Origin: a virus
Lineage: Duplodnaviria > Caudoviricetes
IMG/VR virus record: IMGVR_UViG_3300036792_000044
Span: 1 to 52,446 of that record
Length of the DNA: 52,446 bases
Strand: one strand, 5' to 3'
The notes under the pieces: generated by a model
Database searches by the model: none
Seen by the model: the letters and a program-made list of their open reading frames with translations, nothing else
Told to the model about the DNA's origin: nothing
Shown: in pieces, positions 1 through 9,744 of the stretch
Layout of the letters: each line of letters begins with the position of its first letter
Position numbering within the stretch: position 1 is the first letter of the stretch
Translations under genes and position numbers: made by a program

Positions 1-127
1 ATCCCTTGCCGCCCTTGGTTTTCGGGATAGCTGGCGCTTTGCCGTGTCGTGCTAGTGGGAACACAGGCCAACGCCACTTCGTGTATTCGTATGCGGCGGA
101 ACCGATGTCGAGTGTTTCCAACTGAGT
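1..127. repeat. 127-bp terminal direct repeat (copy 1); circular-assembly overlap
   Basis: Identical to 52320-52446. 127 is a common maximum assembler k-mer, and a CDS reads through the junction. Confidence 0.95.
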
Positions 128-268
128 CATCAGTGACTCAGTCATACCGGCTTGCTCGAACTTGCCCGCGTTAATCTCCGAGGCGTACAGGTCGGCAAGC
201 GACTCAAGCTGCGTCTCTACGGTAGGGCACAACGGGTGCGAATGTTGGTCTGGCGTAATGACTTTCAT
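1..268 (-). CDS. 5' part of the Prim-Pol gene, continuing across the circular junction into 52319..51922
   Basis: ATG at 268 (MKVITPDQH...MTESLMTQLETLDIGS) is in frame with the TTG at 121, which equals 52440. The start could instead be the ATG at 146. Confidence 0.65.
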   Translation of the reverse strand, partial: MKVITPDQHSHPLCPTVETQLESLADLYASEINAGKFEQAGMTESLMTQLETLDIGSAAYEYTKWRWPVFPLARHGKAPAIPKTKGGKG

Positions 269-341
269 TTTATCACCGCAGTAACGGCACGTCGAATACA
301 CGTCGAGCAGCCCGTCGTACATCAGCGGCGGATTACGCGGG

Positions 342-668
342 TCATAAATCGCTGTCATCCCACGCCTCCGTAATGTCGAGTGTGAGCCGCTTCGGCCATT
401 GCACTGCACCGCGCCAGCCTTCACTTTCATGCGGGTGCATGACGTGCACTGTAATGTACTGCCACAGAGCACCTTTCGTGCGTTCCGCTGTCTCCAACAC
501 GAATCGCGTGGCCTGCTCGTACGTTGCGAACACGATGTAAGCGTCAGTGTACATACCCTGGCAGGAGAACTGTGTCTCAAACCCCTTGTCCCACAACGAT
601 TCCAGTAGCTCAACCAGTTCCTCGTCTACGACAGCTTCGCTCGCCCGCACTTGCACGTGGTGTGTCAC
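342..668 (-). CDS. hypothetical protein
   Basis: 108-aa ORF with a 4-bp overlap to the upstream exonuclease; contains a T-x-FSCQG motif. Confidence 0.7.
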   Translation of the reverse strand: MTHHVQVRASEAVVDEELVELLESLWDKGFETQFSCQGMYTDAYIVFATYEQATRFVLETAERTKGALWQYITVHVMHPHESEGWRGAVQWPKRLTLDITEAWDDSDL

Positions 669-1831
669 TTCGTAACCCCTTGTCTCCTAAGTATTTTCGC
701 ACGCTTAGTGAGCGCGTCCGCAATGACGGGCGACAACATGCCGTCTGCTTTCCACACCTTGTAGTACTGCCGCAGTGCAGCGAGACTCGTTGCGCGCATG
801 GTCATGTCCCACATGATGGCGTGCGGCTCGTCGTGAACCACCGGGTTCCAGTCCCGTACGTCCCACACCAGCTTGGCGAGTTGGCATGCACGCCAACCCA
901 TTTCGATGTTCATTGGTTCGACGGTGCAACTGCCTTCGCCCTCGGGCAGATAGATGATGTAGCCGACGTTGAGGTCTACGGGTGCAACGTCGGAACCTCT
1001 TGTGTCACCGGGGAATTGGTACGGTACCATGTGTGCGTAACATGCGAGTTGCATAGCGTGGCCCAGCTTGTTAAAGTCCGAGCCGGTCTTGATGTCAAAG
1101 ATGCACAATCTCCCTTGGTACCAACCGATTCGGTCGACGGTGCCCGCAACGCCGAGGCACGTGCAGCCGCCGCCGTACTGTGCTCGCTTGTGGTCGCACT
1201 CCGATATGTCCTTGACCCATTCATCGAGGACGCGGAACGACTCAATCGAAACCCATTCGATACCAAGGGATTTGATGGTCTTGTCGTACACCTTGAGGTC
1301 GTTGCTCCAACGTGCTGGTACGTGCCCTAGCTTCTCACCGCGGTCCATCGTATGTGTTAGCCGATGAAGTGACGAGCCAATGGTCGCCTTGTACATGTCG
1401 CCCGCGTACCGACCCGCTTCTGCCGCAATGTCATTCAACTCGCGCTTCTCTTCGAGTGTCTGCTCGGCGTGGCTGTCGGGTTTCAGTGAGGCAGCAGCGA
1501 TTTGAAGATCGGGCCGTTGACCCATACCCCACGCGACGTTGCGCTTACCCCAATTCTTAAGCAGGAACTCATCTTGCAGCACGTCGATGAATGTAGTAGT
1601 TCGCTTGTGGTAGAAGCACTTACACGAATGCTTGTAGTAGTTCTTGGGTTGCGCGGCTACCTTGCGACCGCACGACTTGCACACCTTGGTCCCCGGTTTG
1701 TGCGTAGCTCCTGGCGGTATCAGCAGCGGGCCTCGCTCGCTACCGGATGATGCTCTGCGCCTTGGGATTTCGGTGTCGGTGAGTTGGATACCCTTGCGCG
1801 GTTTGGGTCCGTCGTCTAGTTCGATGGGCAT
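665..1831 (-). CDS. PD-(D/E)XK exonuclease (RecB/Cas4-like)
   Basis: Motifs IGSSLH, VAGTVDRI, IFDIKTG and QLACYA; N-terminal CxxC. Confidence 0.8.
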   Translation of the reverse strand: MPIELDDGPKPRKGIQLTDTEIPRRRASSGSERGPLLIPPGATHKPGTKVCKSCGRKVAAQPKNYYKHSCKCFYHKRTTTFIDVLQDEFLLKNWGKRNVAWGMGQRPDLQIAAASLKPDSHAEQTLEEKRELNDIAAEAGRYAGDMYKATIGSSLHRLTHTMDRGEKLGHVPARWSNDLKVYDKTIKSLGIEWVSIESFRVLDEWVKDISECDHKRAQYGGGCTCLGVAGTVDRIGWYQGRLCIFDIKTGSDFNKLGHAMQLACYAHMVPYQFPGDTRGSDVAPVDLNVGYIIYLPEGEGSCTVEPMNIEMGWRACQLAKLVWDVRDWNPVVHDEPHAIMWDMTMRATSLAALRQYYKVWKADGMLSPVIADALTKRAKILRRQGVTK

Positions 1832-2103
1832 TAGTCGTCGTCCTCCCCTGGAAAGATCAGGTTGCGGCGAGTGTCGGGTAGCTTCGGCTTGCGTGGTGCG
1901 GGTTTGCGAAACACGTTGCCCGCCAACTGTTCAAACGGTACTGCGATTGCCTCGACGGTGCCGTTGAATGCGGGTTGTATGCGGATGCCACCGGGTACGG
2001 GTGTGCCGGTCGCGAGTGTCGGGCCTATCTTGGATAGGACCATGGCGAAGTTCTCGGCTACCCAACGTTCGCCCGAATTCTCGTACAGGATAAGCACTTT
2101 CAT
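1831..2103 (-). CDS. hypothetical protein
   Basis: ATG at 2103 (MKVLILYE...) overlaps the upstream stop. Confidence 0.55.
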   Translation of the reverse strand: MKVLILYENSGERWVAENFAMVLSKIGPTLATGTPVPGGIRIQPAFNGTVEAIAVPFEQLAGNVFRKPAPRKPKLPDTRRNLIFPGEDDD

Positions 2104-2462
2104 TTCACCTGTACGATTCGCTCCGGTATGAATTGCAGGCCAGCGCACACTCGCTGCGCTTCGTCGTCGGGCATACCCGGTATGCGGAAACGGAACTCGA
2201 TGTCGTTGGGGCATTCCTCCACGATGAGCAGCACGGGATGGTAGTTCTCCCAATCGATTTCGGCGATGACCACAAAGATACGGTCGCCGTCAGCCGGGTT
2301 CACGCCCCTGTACCGTACATCGCAGCGGACGACGATACCCGAATTCAATTGCACGCGAACGTTAACCGGCTTCGGCCTGCCACTGGTGTCGGGATACCAC
2401 GTGTCCTGAATCCTGGCCTCGTCGCCCAATAGCTTCGCCAGATCGATTGCGTCGTCGTTCAT
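2100..2462 (-). CDS. hypothetical protein
   Basis: ATG at 2462 (MNDDAIDL...), with 4-bp overlaps at both ends. Confidence 0.6.
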   Translation of the reverse strand: MNDDAIDLAKLLGDEARIQDTWYPDTSGRPKPVNVRVQLNSGIVVRCDVRYRGVNPADGDRIFVVIAEIDWENYHPVLLIVEECPNDIEFRFRIPGMPDDEAQRVCAGLQFIPERIVQVK

Positions 2463-2713
2463 TTCGGCCTCGCATGGGCCATGAGTGTGCCATCCTTGCG
2501 AATCTTCTTGTCCGCGTTGCAGAATGGGCACACCCCGTACTCGCCAGTCCTGCCGCCGACGCGTGCGAACGAGCCGGGACAGCCTCGCGGGTTGGGTGGT
2601 TTGCGGAACATCGCACCGCCAGTTGTTAGGTGTGCGTGCCGGTGAGTGGAAGTCATTGTGCGCCTTTCCATTGCGGGAAGCAGTCGGCCCACCAATCGAC
2701 TGAGTCGGATGAC

Positions 2714-2944
2714 TCAGTCGATGGCGTCGGCTGGGAATCGGATTGGTAGTTCGTGTCCCCTGGCTCGGTCACGGTCCTGCGTCTCCCTCTCAAACCGTAG
2801 TGACTCAAGGTGATTCGCGTCCTCCATGGCCTGCGCGATGCGCTCGGCTGCTGTAGAGAACCGCATGAAAGATCGTGCTATACGTGATAGCGAAGTGGTT
2901 GCGTCGTTCGCAAACTTCAACGCTGCTGCTGCTTGCATACCCAT
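2714..2944 (-). CDS. hypothetical protein
   Basis: 76-aa ORF preceded by an AAGGAG Shine-Dalgarno. Confidence 0.65.
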   Translation of the reverse strand: MGMQAAAALKFANDATTSLSRIARSFMRFSTAAERIAQAMEDANHLESLRFERETQDRDRARGHELPIRFPADAID

Positions 2945-2965
2945 TGGTCGTCTCCTTAGTTGGTG

Positions 2966-3001
2966 AAACCCGTTGCCGCACTTGGGCTGAACGGCAACGG
3001 G
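2966..3001 (-). terminator. intergenic hairpin, possible intrinsic terminator
   Basis: 10-bp stem CCCGTTGCCG/CGGCAACGGG followed by TTT on the minus strand, just after the stop of 3011..3355. Confidence 0.45.
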
Positions 3002-3010
3002 TGGCTTGTG

Positions 3011-3355
3011 TTACTCGACTACCTCGATCACCTGTCCCTGCTCGGCCTCGACCGTGGACTCGTCAGGCTTGAGTCCCCAATACTCGCGCATGTGCGCAAG
3101 CTGGTCGCGGTCGTAGCCGGGGTCGTTATCGATCTGCGCCGCGTCGGCCTTGCTTGCCCGACCCGGCCGCTGTAGCTCGGCCCGGTTGCGCTCCGCCGCC
3201 AGGTGCGTTTCGTCCTGCTGGCTCGGGTCCAGCACCGCCTCCGCCTGGAACGACAACTTGGCTGAGTCCTGCACTCGCGCTTGGCTTTTCGGCGCTGCCG
3301 TCTTGGCCGGTGCCTTCTTCGCTGGTGCTCGTTTCGTCGCTGTTTTCGTTGGCAT
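3011..3355 (-). CDS. hypothetical protein with Lys/Ala-rich N-terminus
   Basis: GAGAGG SD; N-terminus PAKKAPAK resembles histone-like tails. Confidence 0.65.
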   Translation of the reverse strand: MPTKTATKRAPAKKAPAKTAAPKSQARVQDSAKLSFQAEAVLDPSQQDETHLAAERNRAELQRPGRASKADAAQIDNDPGYDRDQLAHMREYWGLKPDESTVEAEQGQVIEVVE

Positions 3356-3493
3356 GATTAGTCCTCTCGTGCAATGTAGGGTTCCACACTATTGCGCCGC
3401 AGCGCGTACAACACGTTAATGCTACACTCCCCGTGCTCGCCGTAATGGAGAATCCAAAATAGCGTGTCATGTACGGTGCAGGTTGGTTAACCA

Positions 3494-3952
3494 TCATGTC
3501 TCCCTTCGGTTTTCGACTCTGCCGCTTGGGTAGCAGATGTCGACTGGTTTAAATACGCGTTGTGCGAACTCGACGGTGTACCAGGTCCCTCCCCACAGCA
3601 TAGGCTCGGGTTGTTCCTCTTGCTTCGGCAACGCCTTGAGAACCGTTGCAGCATGGACGATTTCGCGGTCGCGTGGTAGGTACTGCATACGCGGGTGCAC
3701 GGTGACGGTCGTCTTACCCGTTGATCCCTTCGGGATGATGCACTCTTGCGCAAGCCATTTGAAGTTGACCGGGGGCCAGACGTGCACCCACCGGATACCA
3801 ATGTCGATGCACGCGTGGTGAACTGCGAGGTCGACGCCGACGCACGAACCATGGTGTACCTCGTCGGGTCGGCCGTCCTCCAATTGCTGGTACAGCCAAG
3901 CCAATTGGGAGTCGGTAGCGCCATGGCGCGTGCCGGTGAATCCCCAAATCAT
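3494..3952 (-). CDS. SLOG-superfamily (YspA/DprA-like) nucleotide-binding protein
   Basis: From the ATG at 3952: GFTGTR, HHGSCVGVD, RDREIV and GGTWYTV, the typical SLOG pattern. Confidence 0.65.
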   Translation of the reverse strand: MIWGFTGTRHGATDSQLAWLYQQLEDGRPDEVHHGSCVGVDLAVHHACIDIGIRWVHVWPPVNFKWLAQECIIPKGSTGKTTVTVHPRMQYLPRDREIVHAATVLKALPKQEEQPEPMLWGGTWYTVEFAQRVFKPVDICYPSGRVENRRET

Positions 3953-4221
3953 CTGACCTCCAAGGCCATGAGCCACGCGCTGATATACCGTAGGCACCAA
4001 CGCAAGCGCGGGTGGTCGTCGGCAATCATCTTGAGACTGATCCCCAAATCGTATGTGGCATGGTCGATTCCGTCCTTGATGAACTGCCACAGCACTGGCA
4101 CAATACCTAGTACCTCTTGCTCTAGCCCGTCGTCATTGAACCGAATCTCGTAGCTAGTCAACGCAAGTCGGTCTGTCAGGCGCAACGGCTTGACGAGAGT
4201 AAACCCGTCACACTTCATCAT
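3949..4221 (-). CDS. hypothetical protein
   Basis: 90-aa ORF within a tightly packed operon. Confidence 0.5.
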   Translation of the reverse strand: MMKCDGFTLVKPLRLTDRLALTSYEIRFNDDGLEQEVLGIVPVLWQFIKDGIDHATYDLGISLKMIADDHPRLRWCLRYISAWLMALEVR

Positions 4222-4405
4222 CAGTCAGTCTCTCGATGGCGATTGTGAGCATGTCGTACAGGTCGGCCAGCGTGAACCCTGCACCGTCGAAAGACTTTCT
4301 GGCAGCGGACATTCGGTGCTGCATCGAGGTACCGTTAGCGCGTACTGCACGGTAGCCGACGAGCATGGCCTCGAATCCCGGCCCGCTATGCGGTTGAATC
4401 GTCAT
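4208..4405 (-). CDS. hypothetical protein
   Basis: 65-aa ORF overlapping its neighbours. Confidence 0.5.
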   Translation of the reverse strand: MTIQPHSGPGFEAMLVGYRAVRANGTSMQHRMSAARKSFDGAGFTLADLYDMLTIAIERLTDDEV

Positions 4406-4602
4406 TGGCTTTCTCCACCTTGGTCGACTCCACGGTTACTGCCATCTTCTCCAACGCTTTCTTCAGTTCGTAATCGTCTACTGCCACAGTCGTTTTCACT
4501 ACGGCTGTCAGCTTCTGCCTCATGGTCGTGTTCACCTATTCTTCTCATGGGCCGCTTGCGCGTGTCGAACGCGTGCGGCTCGTACCACTTCGTCATGGCC
4601 GG

Positions 4603-4893
4603 TCATGGCAGAGGCGGCGGCGGAGGTACCGGCAAGAGTGCGGGTCCGCTACCGTAGTCGGGCGGTAGGACAACGTCGGGTCCTGTGCAGTACGCGTTCT
4701 TAGCGCGCAGTCCTACACGGCCGAGCTGAATCTTGTTGCCGTTCAACACAACAACGGGTGTGTCGGCAGCGTAGGCGGGGTGCAGGCACAGTGCGTCGAG
4801 TTGCGGGTCCTTGCCCGTCTCGGCGCGTGCGCCTGCGTTGTTGAGCAGGAACAGTGCTGCCAGAATGCCCAGCACCACAATGGATTTCCTCAT
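4603..4893 (-). CDS. putative secreted protein
   Basis: N-terminal signal peptide (MRKSIVVLGILAALFLL...ARA), two Cys, Pro-rich tail; GGAGG SD. Confidence 0.6.
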   Translation of the reverse strand: MRKSIVVLGILAALFLLNNAGARAETGKDPQLDALCLHPAYAADTPVVVLNGNKIQLGRVGLRAKNAYCTGPDVVLPPDYGSGPALLPVPPPPPLP

Positions 4894-5238
4894 TTCACGC
4901 CTCCCGTGCGTGTCTTGCGTCGTCCCCGTTGAATACGAGAACGCAACGGCCGGATTCCGCCGAGGCCGAATCGTTGTGCGCGCCTTGCCCTTCGGAGTGT
5001 CGGCGCATTACCAGAGTGCATGGCGTACACGTTGCCTTGAAAGTCACCCTGCGACCTGCCATCGACCAATCCGGTGACCGGGCGCGGCGGCGTAGCCGGT
5101 GGCTGCAAGCATTCGCGAGGGTCGAGGATGGTGGAAAGGTCACGCAGCCTTGCCTTTTGGTTCTTACCGAGACGTTTCTTACCGAGCAGCGTATCGCGCT
5201 CCTGTTGAAAGCCTCGCATGTCGCTGAATCTCATTGTG

Positions 5239-5673
5239 TCACTTCCTAATCCACGGTGTACGTGCGAATGTTTCCTGTCGCGGGTTGGCTGCACCAACGA
5301 ACCCGTCCTCCAGAATGCCAACGGCTGCAAGAACTTCCAGCAGCATGGCGTACTTGCGCCACTCCATCAGCGTCTTGATGTAAAGGTGCGAGTGGTCGGG
5401 CGTCGAGGACGGGACTAACATTGCCGGAACATCGATGTCCAGTACGGGATAGTGCAGACCCGAAACCGTCTTACTGCCAATGACATTCGCCTCGGGTAGC
5501 GCAACGTTGTCGGAGCGCATGTCGTGGTTGTTGTCGTTGTCCTTGCTGCCCCGCTTGTTGAAGTCCACTACGGCGCAATGGAATCCGTTGACGAAGCTAC
5601 GGTAGCTCTGTCCCGCTGGTGTGGATAGGTACTGTTGCGCGGGTGTTACCTCGATGTCCAACTGTCTGCTCAT
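5239..5673 (-). CDS. hypothetical phage protein
   Basis: ATG at 5673 with a GGAGG SD; motif PVLDID...PSSTPDHSHLYI. Confidence 0.6.
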   Translation of the reverse strand: MSRQLDIEVTPAQQYLSTPAGQSYRSFVNGFHCAVVDFNKRGSKDNDNNHDMRSDNVALPEANVIGSKTVSGLHYPVLDIDVPAMLVPSSTPDHSHLYIKTLMEWRKYAMLLEVLAAVGILEDGFVGAANPRQETFARTPWIRK

Positions 5674-5857
5674 GACGTGAAAACCTCCACGGCACACTCG
5701 AATTGGGGTGCTAGTTCGTTGATGTGTTTTGCCGTCGCCTCGACCTTGTCGAAGTCTCTGCTACGGTAGTCGCTCACCGCCCGCCCAGGTGGCTTGTGCA
5801 GCCTCTCGGCCCAATAGGGTGGGCGGTTCCACGACAGTGCAAACGATGCAGCCATGA

Positions 5858-6148
5858 TCAGAAGTCAGGCTCGTCGCTAGCGGGATCGGGTGTCGCCTCG
5901 AACGGCGGCTCGGAGTCTGAGTCAGGTGACTCAGTTGTCTTGCCCCGCTTGCCCTTTGCCCGTGCCGTAGCGCTCGATGGTTCGTTGGGATTGATGGACA
6001 GGTTGACCTCGACCTGTCCGCTGCGCTTCCAATCCAGCAGTGCCGCAAGTACTTCCGGCTCGGTCACGATGTCGGCGTCGACGCTGCCGCACGCCTGTGC
6101 CAGCACGTTATGCAATGCGAACAGTTCGCGAATGTCCTCGATGTTCAT
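5858..6148 (-). CDS. hypothetical protein with acidic C-terminus
   Basis: AAGGAG SD before the ATG at 6148; ends in DEPDF. Confidence 0.6.
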   Translation of the reverse strand: MNIEDIRELFALHNVLAQACGSVDADIVTEPEVLAALLDWKRSGQVEVNLSINPNEPSSATARAKGKRGKTTESPDSDSEPPFEATPDPASDEPDF

Positions 6149-6253
6149 GGTCGTCAATCTCCTTGTGTACGATAGTGTTTCGTTGTGTGCGCGTGGGTCC
6201 TGCCAGTATGCGCGCCCCACTGTAGCCGGGTAGACGCTACCCCGCAGGCTTCA

Positions 6254-6877
6254 TCAGAACGGCGGCTCGTCGTCCACCACGTTGCTGTCTGCGGTAGCGG
6301 CCGAATCGTCCTCGGCCGGAATCGCGTTCAGATTGTGGTATGCCTCTTCGGCTTTCGTCAGCCACTCGCTGTTGGGCTTCGGCTCCCGCAGGGTCACCGG
6401 CCCGTAGATGCCGACTGAGCGCCCACGCGGAACTCGTTCTACCTCAGCCTGATCCGCAATCTCTGGACCAGACGGGTTGCCCTGCGCGTCGTACACCTGA
6501 GCCTTGTCGGTCGTCTGCTGCACGATGTCTCCGACGTTGACGGGTCGGCCAAGCTCCCGTTTAGCTTCGATCCAGTCGGCAAATGCCTTGCCCTTCAAGA
6601 TGAGTCGGGCAAGTTCGCCCGCCTCGGGCACGTGCTCGTCGTCGCCCAACCCTACCGGCGCGGTCGTCCCTGGTAACGTGAGGCAGGTGATAACCATTTC
6701 CTGCCTTGGCTTTTGGTTGGCCTTGAGGATGGGCACCATGTTGCCGGTGGTGTCGTCCTTCTTGAGCCGGTCCCGTTGCTGAACCTTGACGACTGCGCCA
6801 AAGTACTTCTGGCCCAGCGCCGTTCGCTTCACCACCGGCAAGCCTGGCTGGCGTTCCTCTTCTAGTGCGATTCCCAT
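6254..6877 (-). CDS. putative single-stranded DNA-binding protein
   Basis: From the ATG at 6877; beta-rich core and acidic tail ending DDEPPF, typical of SSBs. Confidence 0.55.
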   Translation of the reverse strand: MGIALEEERQPGLPVVKRTALGQKYFGAVVKVQQRDRLKKDDTTGNMVPILKANQKPRQEMVITCLTLPGTTAPVGLGDDEHVPEAGELARLILKGKAFADWIEAKRELGRPVNVGDIVQQTTDKAQVYDAQGNPSGPEIADQAEVERVPRGRSVGIYGPVTLREPKPNSEWLTKAEEAYHNLNAIPAEDDSAATADSNVVDDEPPF

Positions 6878-6881
6878 TGTG

Positions 6882-7280
6882 TCATCTTTCGTGTTGTGCC
6901 GCAGTAACATTGAAACCCGCTGCGACTCGGGCGGTCTGAATGTGCTGTCGTCCAGCATTGGTGATACGTGATACGCCGACCAGTCTCCCATTGCTGCCCA
7001 ACACCTTTCGCTGCTTACCCTCTCTGTCGTATACCCAACAGATCAGGCCCAGCTTGCGCAGGTCCGAGCAGCGGTGCCACCAACAGATACCTTGCTGGCG
7101 CAAACCCGCACGCTCGGCCAGTACCTCGTCGGTGAAAAGTGGTGAGTCAGTGAGTGATACGAGATAGGCTTCGGAAAGTATTGCGAGACAATGGCTTTGC
7201 GCCGTAGTCAGTAACTCGGCTGCAATGTGCGAAGTCTCGGGGTCGTCGCGTCGTACGCGTGGTATGTCGTCAAAGTCCAT
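6882..7280 (-). CDS. putative winged-helix DNA-binding protein
   Basis: RRDDPETSHIAA...TDEVL...RCSDLRKLGLI pattern, which I recall from phage wHTH proteins; GGGAG SD. Confidence 0.55.
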   Translation of the reverse strand: MDFDDIPRVRRDDPETSHIAAELLTTAQSHCLAILSEAYLVSLTDSPLFTDEVLAERAGLRQQGICWWHRCSDLRKLGLICWVYDREGKQRKVLGSNGRLVGVSRITNAGRQHIQTARVAAGFNVTAAQHER

Positions 7281-7355
7281 GGTATCTCCCAGGTTTGAGA
7301 GGGCACGGTGTCGCCGGATTGGAGACAAAGCCATACAGCGACACCGTGCCGGTCC

Positions 7356-7616
7356 TCATGAGAACGCCGCCCCGTAAATCTCTTGCGCGGCAAGCATTCT
7401 CGTGGTCATCAGGGCTAGGCCCATTGCCATATTCATGACAGCGTCGATCTTGTCGGGCGATTCGGCGTAGGCGTCGAGGACGATGCACGCCAACCCTACG
7501 GTATGTTGCGCATTCGTCTCGTCGGAATGGCGTGCGCGCCTTTCCTTTTCGACTGCCAGCAGCCGGTCGATGTACTCGCCCGTGGCGGCAACGTCTGCGT
7601 TGCATCCGGCGCACAT
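7356..7616 (-). CDS. hypothetical protein
   Basis: ATG at 7616 overlaps the upstream stop (TGATG). Confidence 0.55.
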   Translation of the reverse strand: MCAGCNADVAATGEYIDRLLAVEKERRARHSDETNAQHTVGLACIVLDAYAESPDKIDAVMNMAMGLALMTTRMLAAQEIYGAAFS

Positions 7617-8158
7617 CAGGACACCACCAGTTTCGCACGGCGTGCCAATTGCGTTGCGCGCCACAGCCTGTGGCCCGGTATCTTCTCAACCAGACCCGCA
7701 GACTTGAGTGCCTGTATACGGGACGCGACGATAACCTGCGGGATGCCGAGCAACTGTGTAAGCCCGCTGGTACCAACACCTTCGGTGAACAGCATGATCG
7801 CTTCCAGTATCTCATTGTTCTTGCGCGACACTGGAATGTGTTGCGGTGCAACTGAGTCGGATGACTCAGTTAGTACCAGTGACAACACTGGCGCGTCCTC
7901 TTCCAGTTCTGCGAGCCGGTCGGCCGTCACACCGTACGGGTCGAGGTTCGGGCGAGGAACCATCGACGTGCCGTAATCCCCTACGGGATAAGACTTCTCG
8001 TCCGGTGGCCCGCCAACGCGCCACGATGGTGCTGGCGCGTTGACTGCCACGGGTAGGTGCAGACTGCCGACCGGAGTGTTGAGCACTGCGATGGCGATGC
8101 GCAACTCGGCCTCGGTATCGGCCGTAACCGAAACCCCGTCTTTCGCTACGGTATACAT
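7616..8158 (-). CDS. putative DNA-binding protein with C-terminal winged HTH
   Basis: GVGTSGLTQLLGIPQVIVASRIQALKSAGLVEK is wHTH-like. Confidence 0.6.
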   Translation of the reverse strand: MYTVAKDGVSVTADTEAELRIAIAVLNTPVGSLHLPVAVNAPAPSWRVGGPPDEKSYPVGDYGTSMVPRPNLDPYGVTADRLAELEEDAPVLSLVLTESSDSVAPQHIPVSRKNNEILEAIMLFTEGVGTSGLTQLLGIPQVIVASRIQALKSAGLVEKIPGHRLWRATQLARRAKLVVS

Positions 8159-8161
8159 GAG

Positions 8162-8872
8162 TTACCCCGTCATAAGGTCATCGATGATGGACTGCAAACC
8201 CTTGGCAATCTCGCCGAGAGTTTCCATGTTGGCCTTGGCAATTCGCTTGCGCGCACCAGACCACTTGTCCTCTTGCATGAACTCGGTCATTTCAGACCAC
8301 GCGGCGTGCAGGTTCGCCGTCTCGTCATCGAACGCCGTCACGATTTCGGCTGCCGTCATAGGCGCACCCGAATCCTCTTCGTCGTCAACGACTTCCGCGT
8401 CGATGGGTTCCTCGGCCACAATGCCCTTGCCGTTCTTCGGCCGCTCCGCACCGTCGAGAGACGTTACGGTAGCGCCCTCTTCGACTTCCTCGCCGTCGAG
8501 GTCGCGGTCCACCGTTTTCTGCGAGACGTTCAGCGTCCCGGCGATGGCGCGCTGGCTCATACCCTGGCCGGATAGGAACTGCACCAACAACTTTCGGTCC
8601 TCGCGCTCTGGCGCGGCCGGTAGTGCAACGGCGTCCGCTACGTAAGCAGTCCACGACTTGAGGCCGAGCGCTTTGTGAATGTCGCCCTCGCGTGCACGGG
8701 TGAGCAGCGCCGTCAGTTCGTCCACGAGGTCGATCACCTTGTCGCGGGCCTTGACTGCCTGGTCGGACTTGCTGCGAATCTGCTTGTCGAGTCGCTTCGC
8801 CTCCGTCTTGTTCAGCGGCCCAACAACTTCCGCGTCGGCTTCCTCGATCAGTGCCAGATCAGTGGTCGTCAT
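8162..8872 (-). CDS. helix-turn-helix DNA-binding protein
   Basis: GMSQRAIAGTLNVSQKTVDRDL is a clear HTH. Confidence 0.75.
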   Translation of the reverse strand: MTTTDLALIEEADAEVVGPLNKTEAKRLDKQIRSKSDQAVKARDKVIDLVDELTALLTRAREGDIHKALGLKSWTAYVADAVALPAAPEREDRKLLVQFLSGQGMSQRAIAGTLNVSQKTVDRDLDGEEVEEGATVTSLDGAERPKNGKGIVAEEPIDAEVVDDEEDSGAPMTAAEIVTAFDDETANLHAAWSEMTEFMQEDKWSGARKRIAKANMETLGEIAKGLQSIIDDLMTG

Positions 8873-9293
8873 TTCCTGTCTCCATATCCTTATCTAGTTG
8901 CGCCAGAACATCATTGGTGAGTGGCGCGCTCACCAGTCTTGTGATTGCAGCAGCGGCGAATAGCACCGTTGCAAGGTGTCCAATCCCCGGCGCGCTGCGC
9001 TCGGAGTGGGATATGTAACTCTTCATGTAGTCGAAAACGACTGAGGGATCAGTGTTTCCGCCTGCTGTAGCGTACAGTTCCGGCAACTGCGAGCGTATGT
9101 ACGTCAGCAAATTGTCGAGACTGTCGGATGCCTCGGCCCACAACTGTTCTGCACCCTGTATGAGAGCCGGGTTACCGTTGACTTCTGCGAAGTGATCGCG
9201 TGCGGCGTCGTGGTCGGAATACGTTGCGCCGCACTGGCACATCACTGCACCGCTCGGGTACTCAATAGCTATGCCGTGCCGTTGCCTGTTCAT
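8859..9293 (-). CDS. hypothetical protein, possible zinc finger
   Basis: From the ATG at 9293; H...CQC...H motif. Confidence 0.55.
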   Translation of the reverse strand: MNRQRHGIAIEYPSGAVMCQCGATYSDHDAARDHFAEVNGNPALIQGAEQLWAEASDSLDNLLTYIRSQLPELYATAGGNTDPSVVFDYMKSYISHSERSAPGIGHLATVLFAAAAITRLVSAPLTNDVLAQLDKDMETGNDDH

Positions 9294-9511
9294 AGCTCGA
9301 ATCCCCTTACAGTGCGGGTGATTCCAAGGGACTTGGCAGCAGCGGACGCGTTGAGTGCGTCGACAACCTGCTGTCCCCACTCGGGTTCGCGCATCGCTCC
9401 GATTATGTCTGGCACTTCCTCCCAACGCATTTCGGTGATCATGCGAACGTACACCTGGTCGTCGTCGCCGTCGTAAACCTCGATCTTGAGGAACTGAGTC
9501 ATGTGACTCAC
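9290..9511 (-). CDS. hypothetical protein
   Basis: 73-aa ORF with overlapping start and stop. Confidence 0.55.
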   Translation of the reverse strand: MSHMTQFLKIEVYDGDDDQVYVRMITEMRWEEVPDIIGAMREPEWGQQVVDALNASAAAKSLGITRTVRGFEL

Positions 9512-9744
9512 ACCGCCGCTAGGAACGGATGGTCGACATTACCCTTGCGTGCAGTCACCAACGCGTCGAACAGGCGGATGGTGGACTCTTCGCTCGGGCA
9601 ATGTATTTCGATGCCGGTATGCCTGCCGCCGATGACGCGTATGACGTAGTGCATACCGTCGCCCTCGGGGTGATGCTCGGCCACAATGCTTTCGGTGCAA
9701 CGCTGGTAGCAGCGTATAAGTTGCTCGGGGTTTGCGAATGGCAT
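9508..9744 (-). CDS. hypothetical protein
   Basis: ATG at 9744 (MPFANPEQ) after a CAGGAG SD. Confidence 0.6.
   Translation of the reverse strand: MPFANPEQLIRCYQRCTESIVAEHHPEGDGMHYVIRVIGGRHTGIEIHCPSEESTIRLFDALVTARKGNVDHPFLAAV

Noticed and set aside
665-1831. Cas4-like nuclease as evidence of a CRISPR system
   Set aside because: Stand-alone PD-(D/E)XK exonucleases are common in phages, and no array or other cas genes are present.
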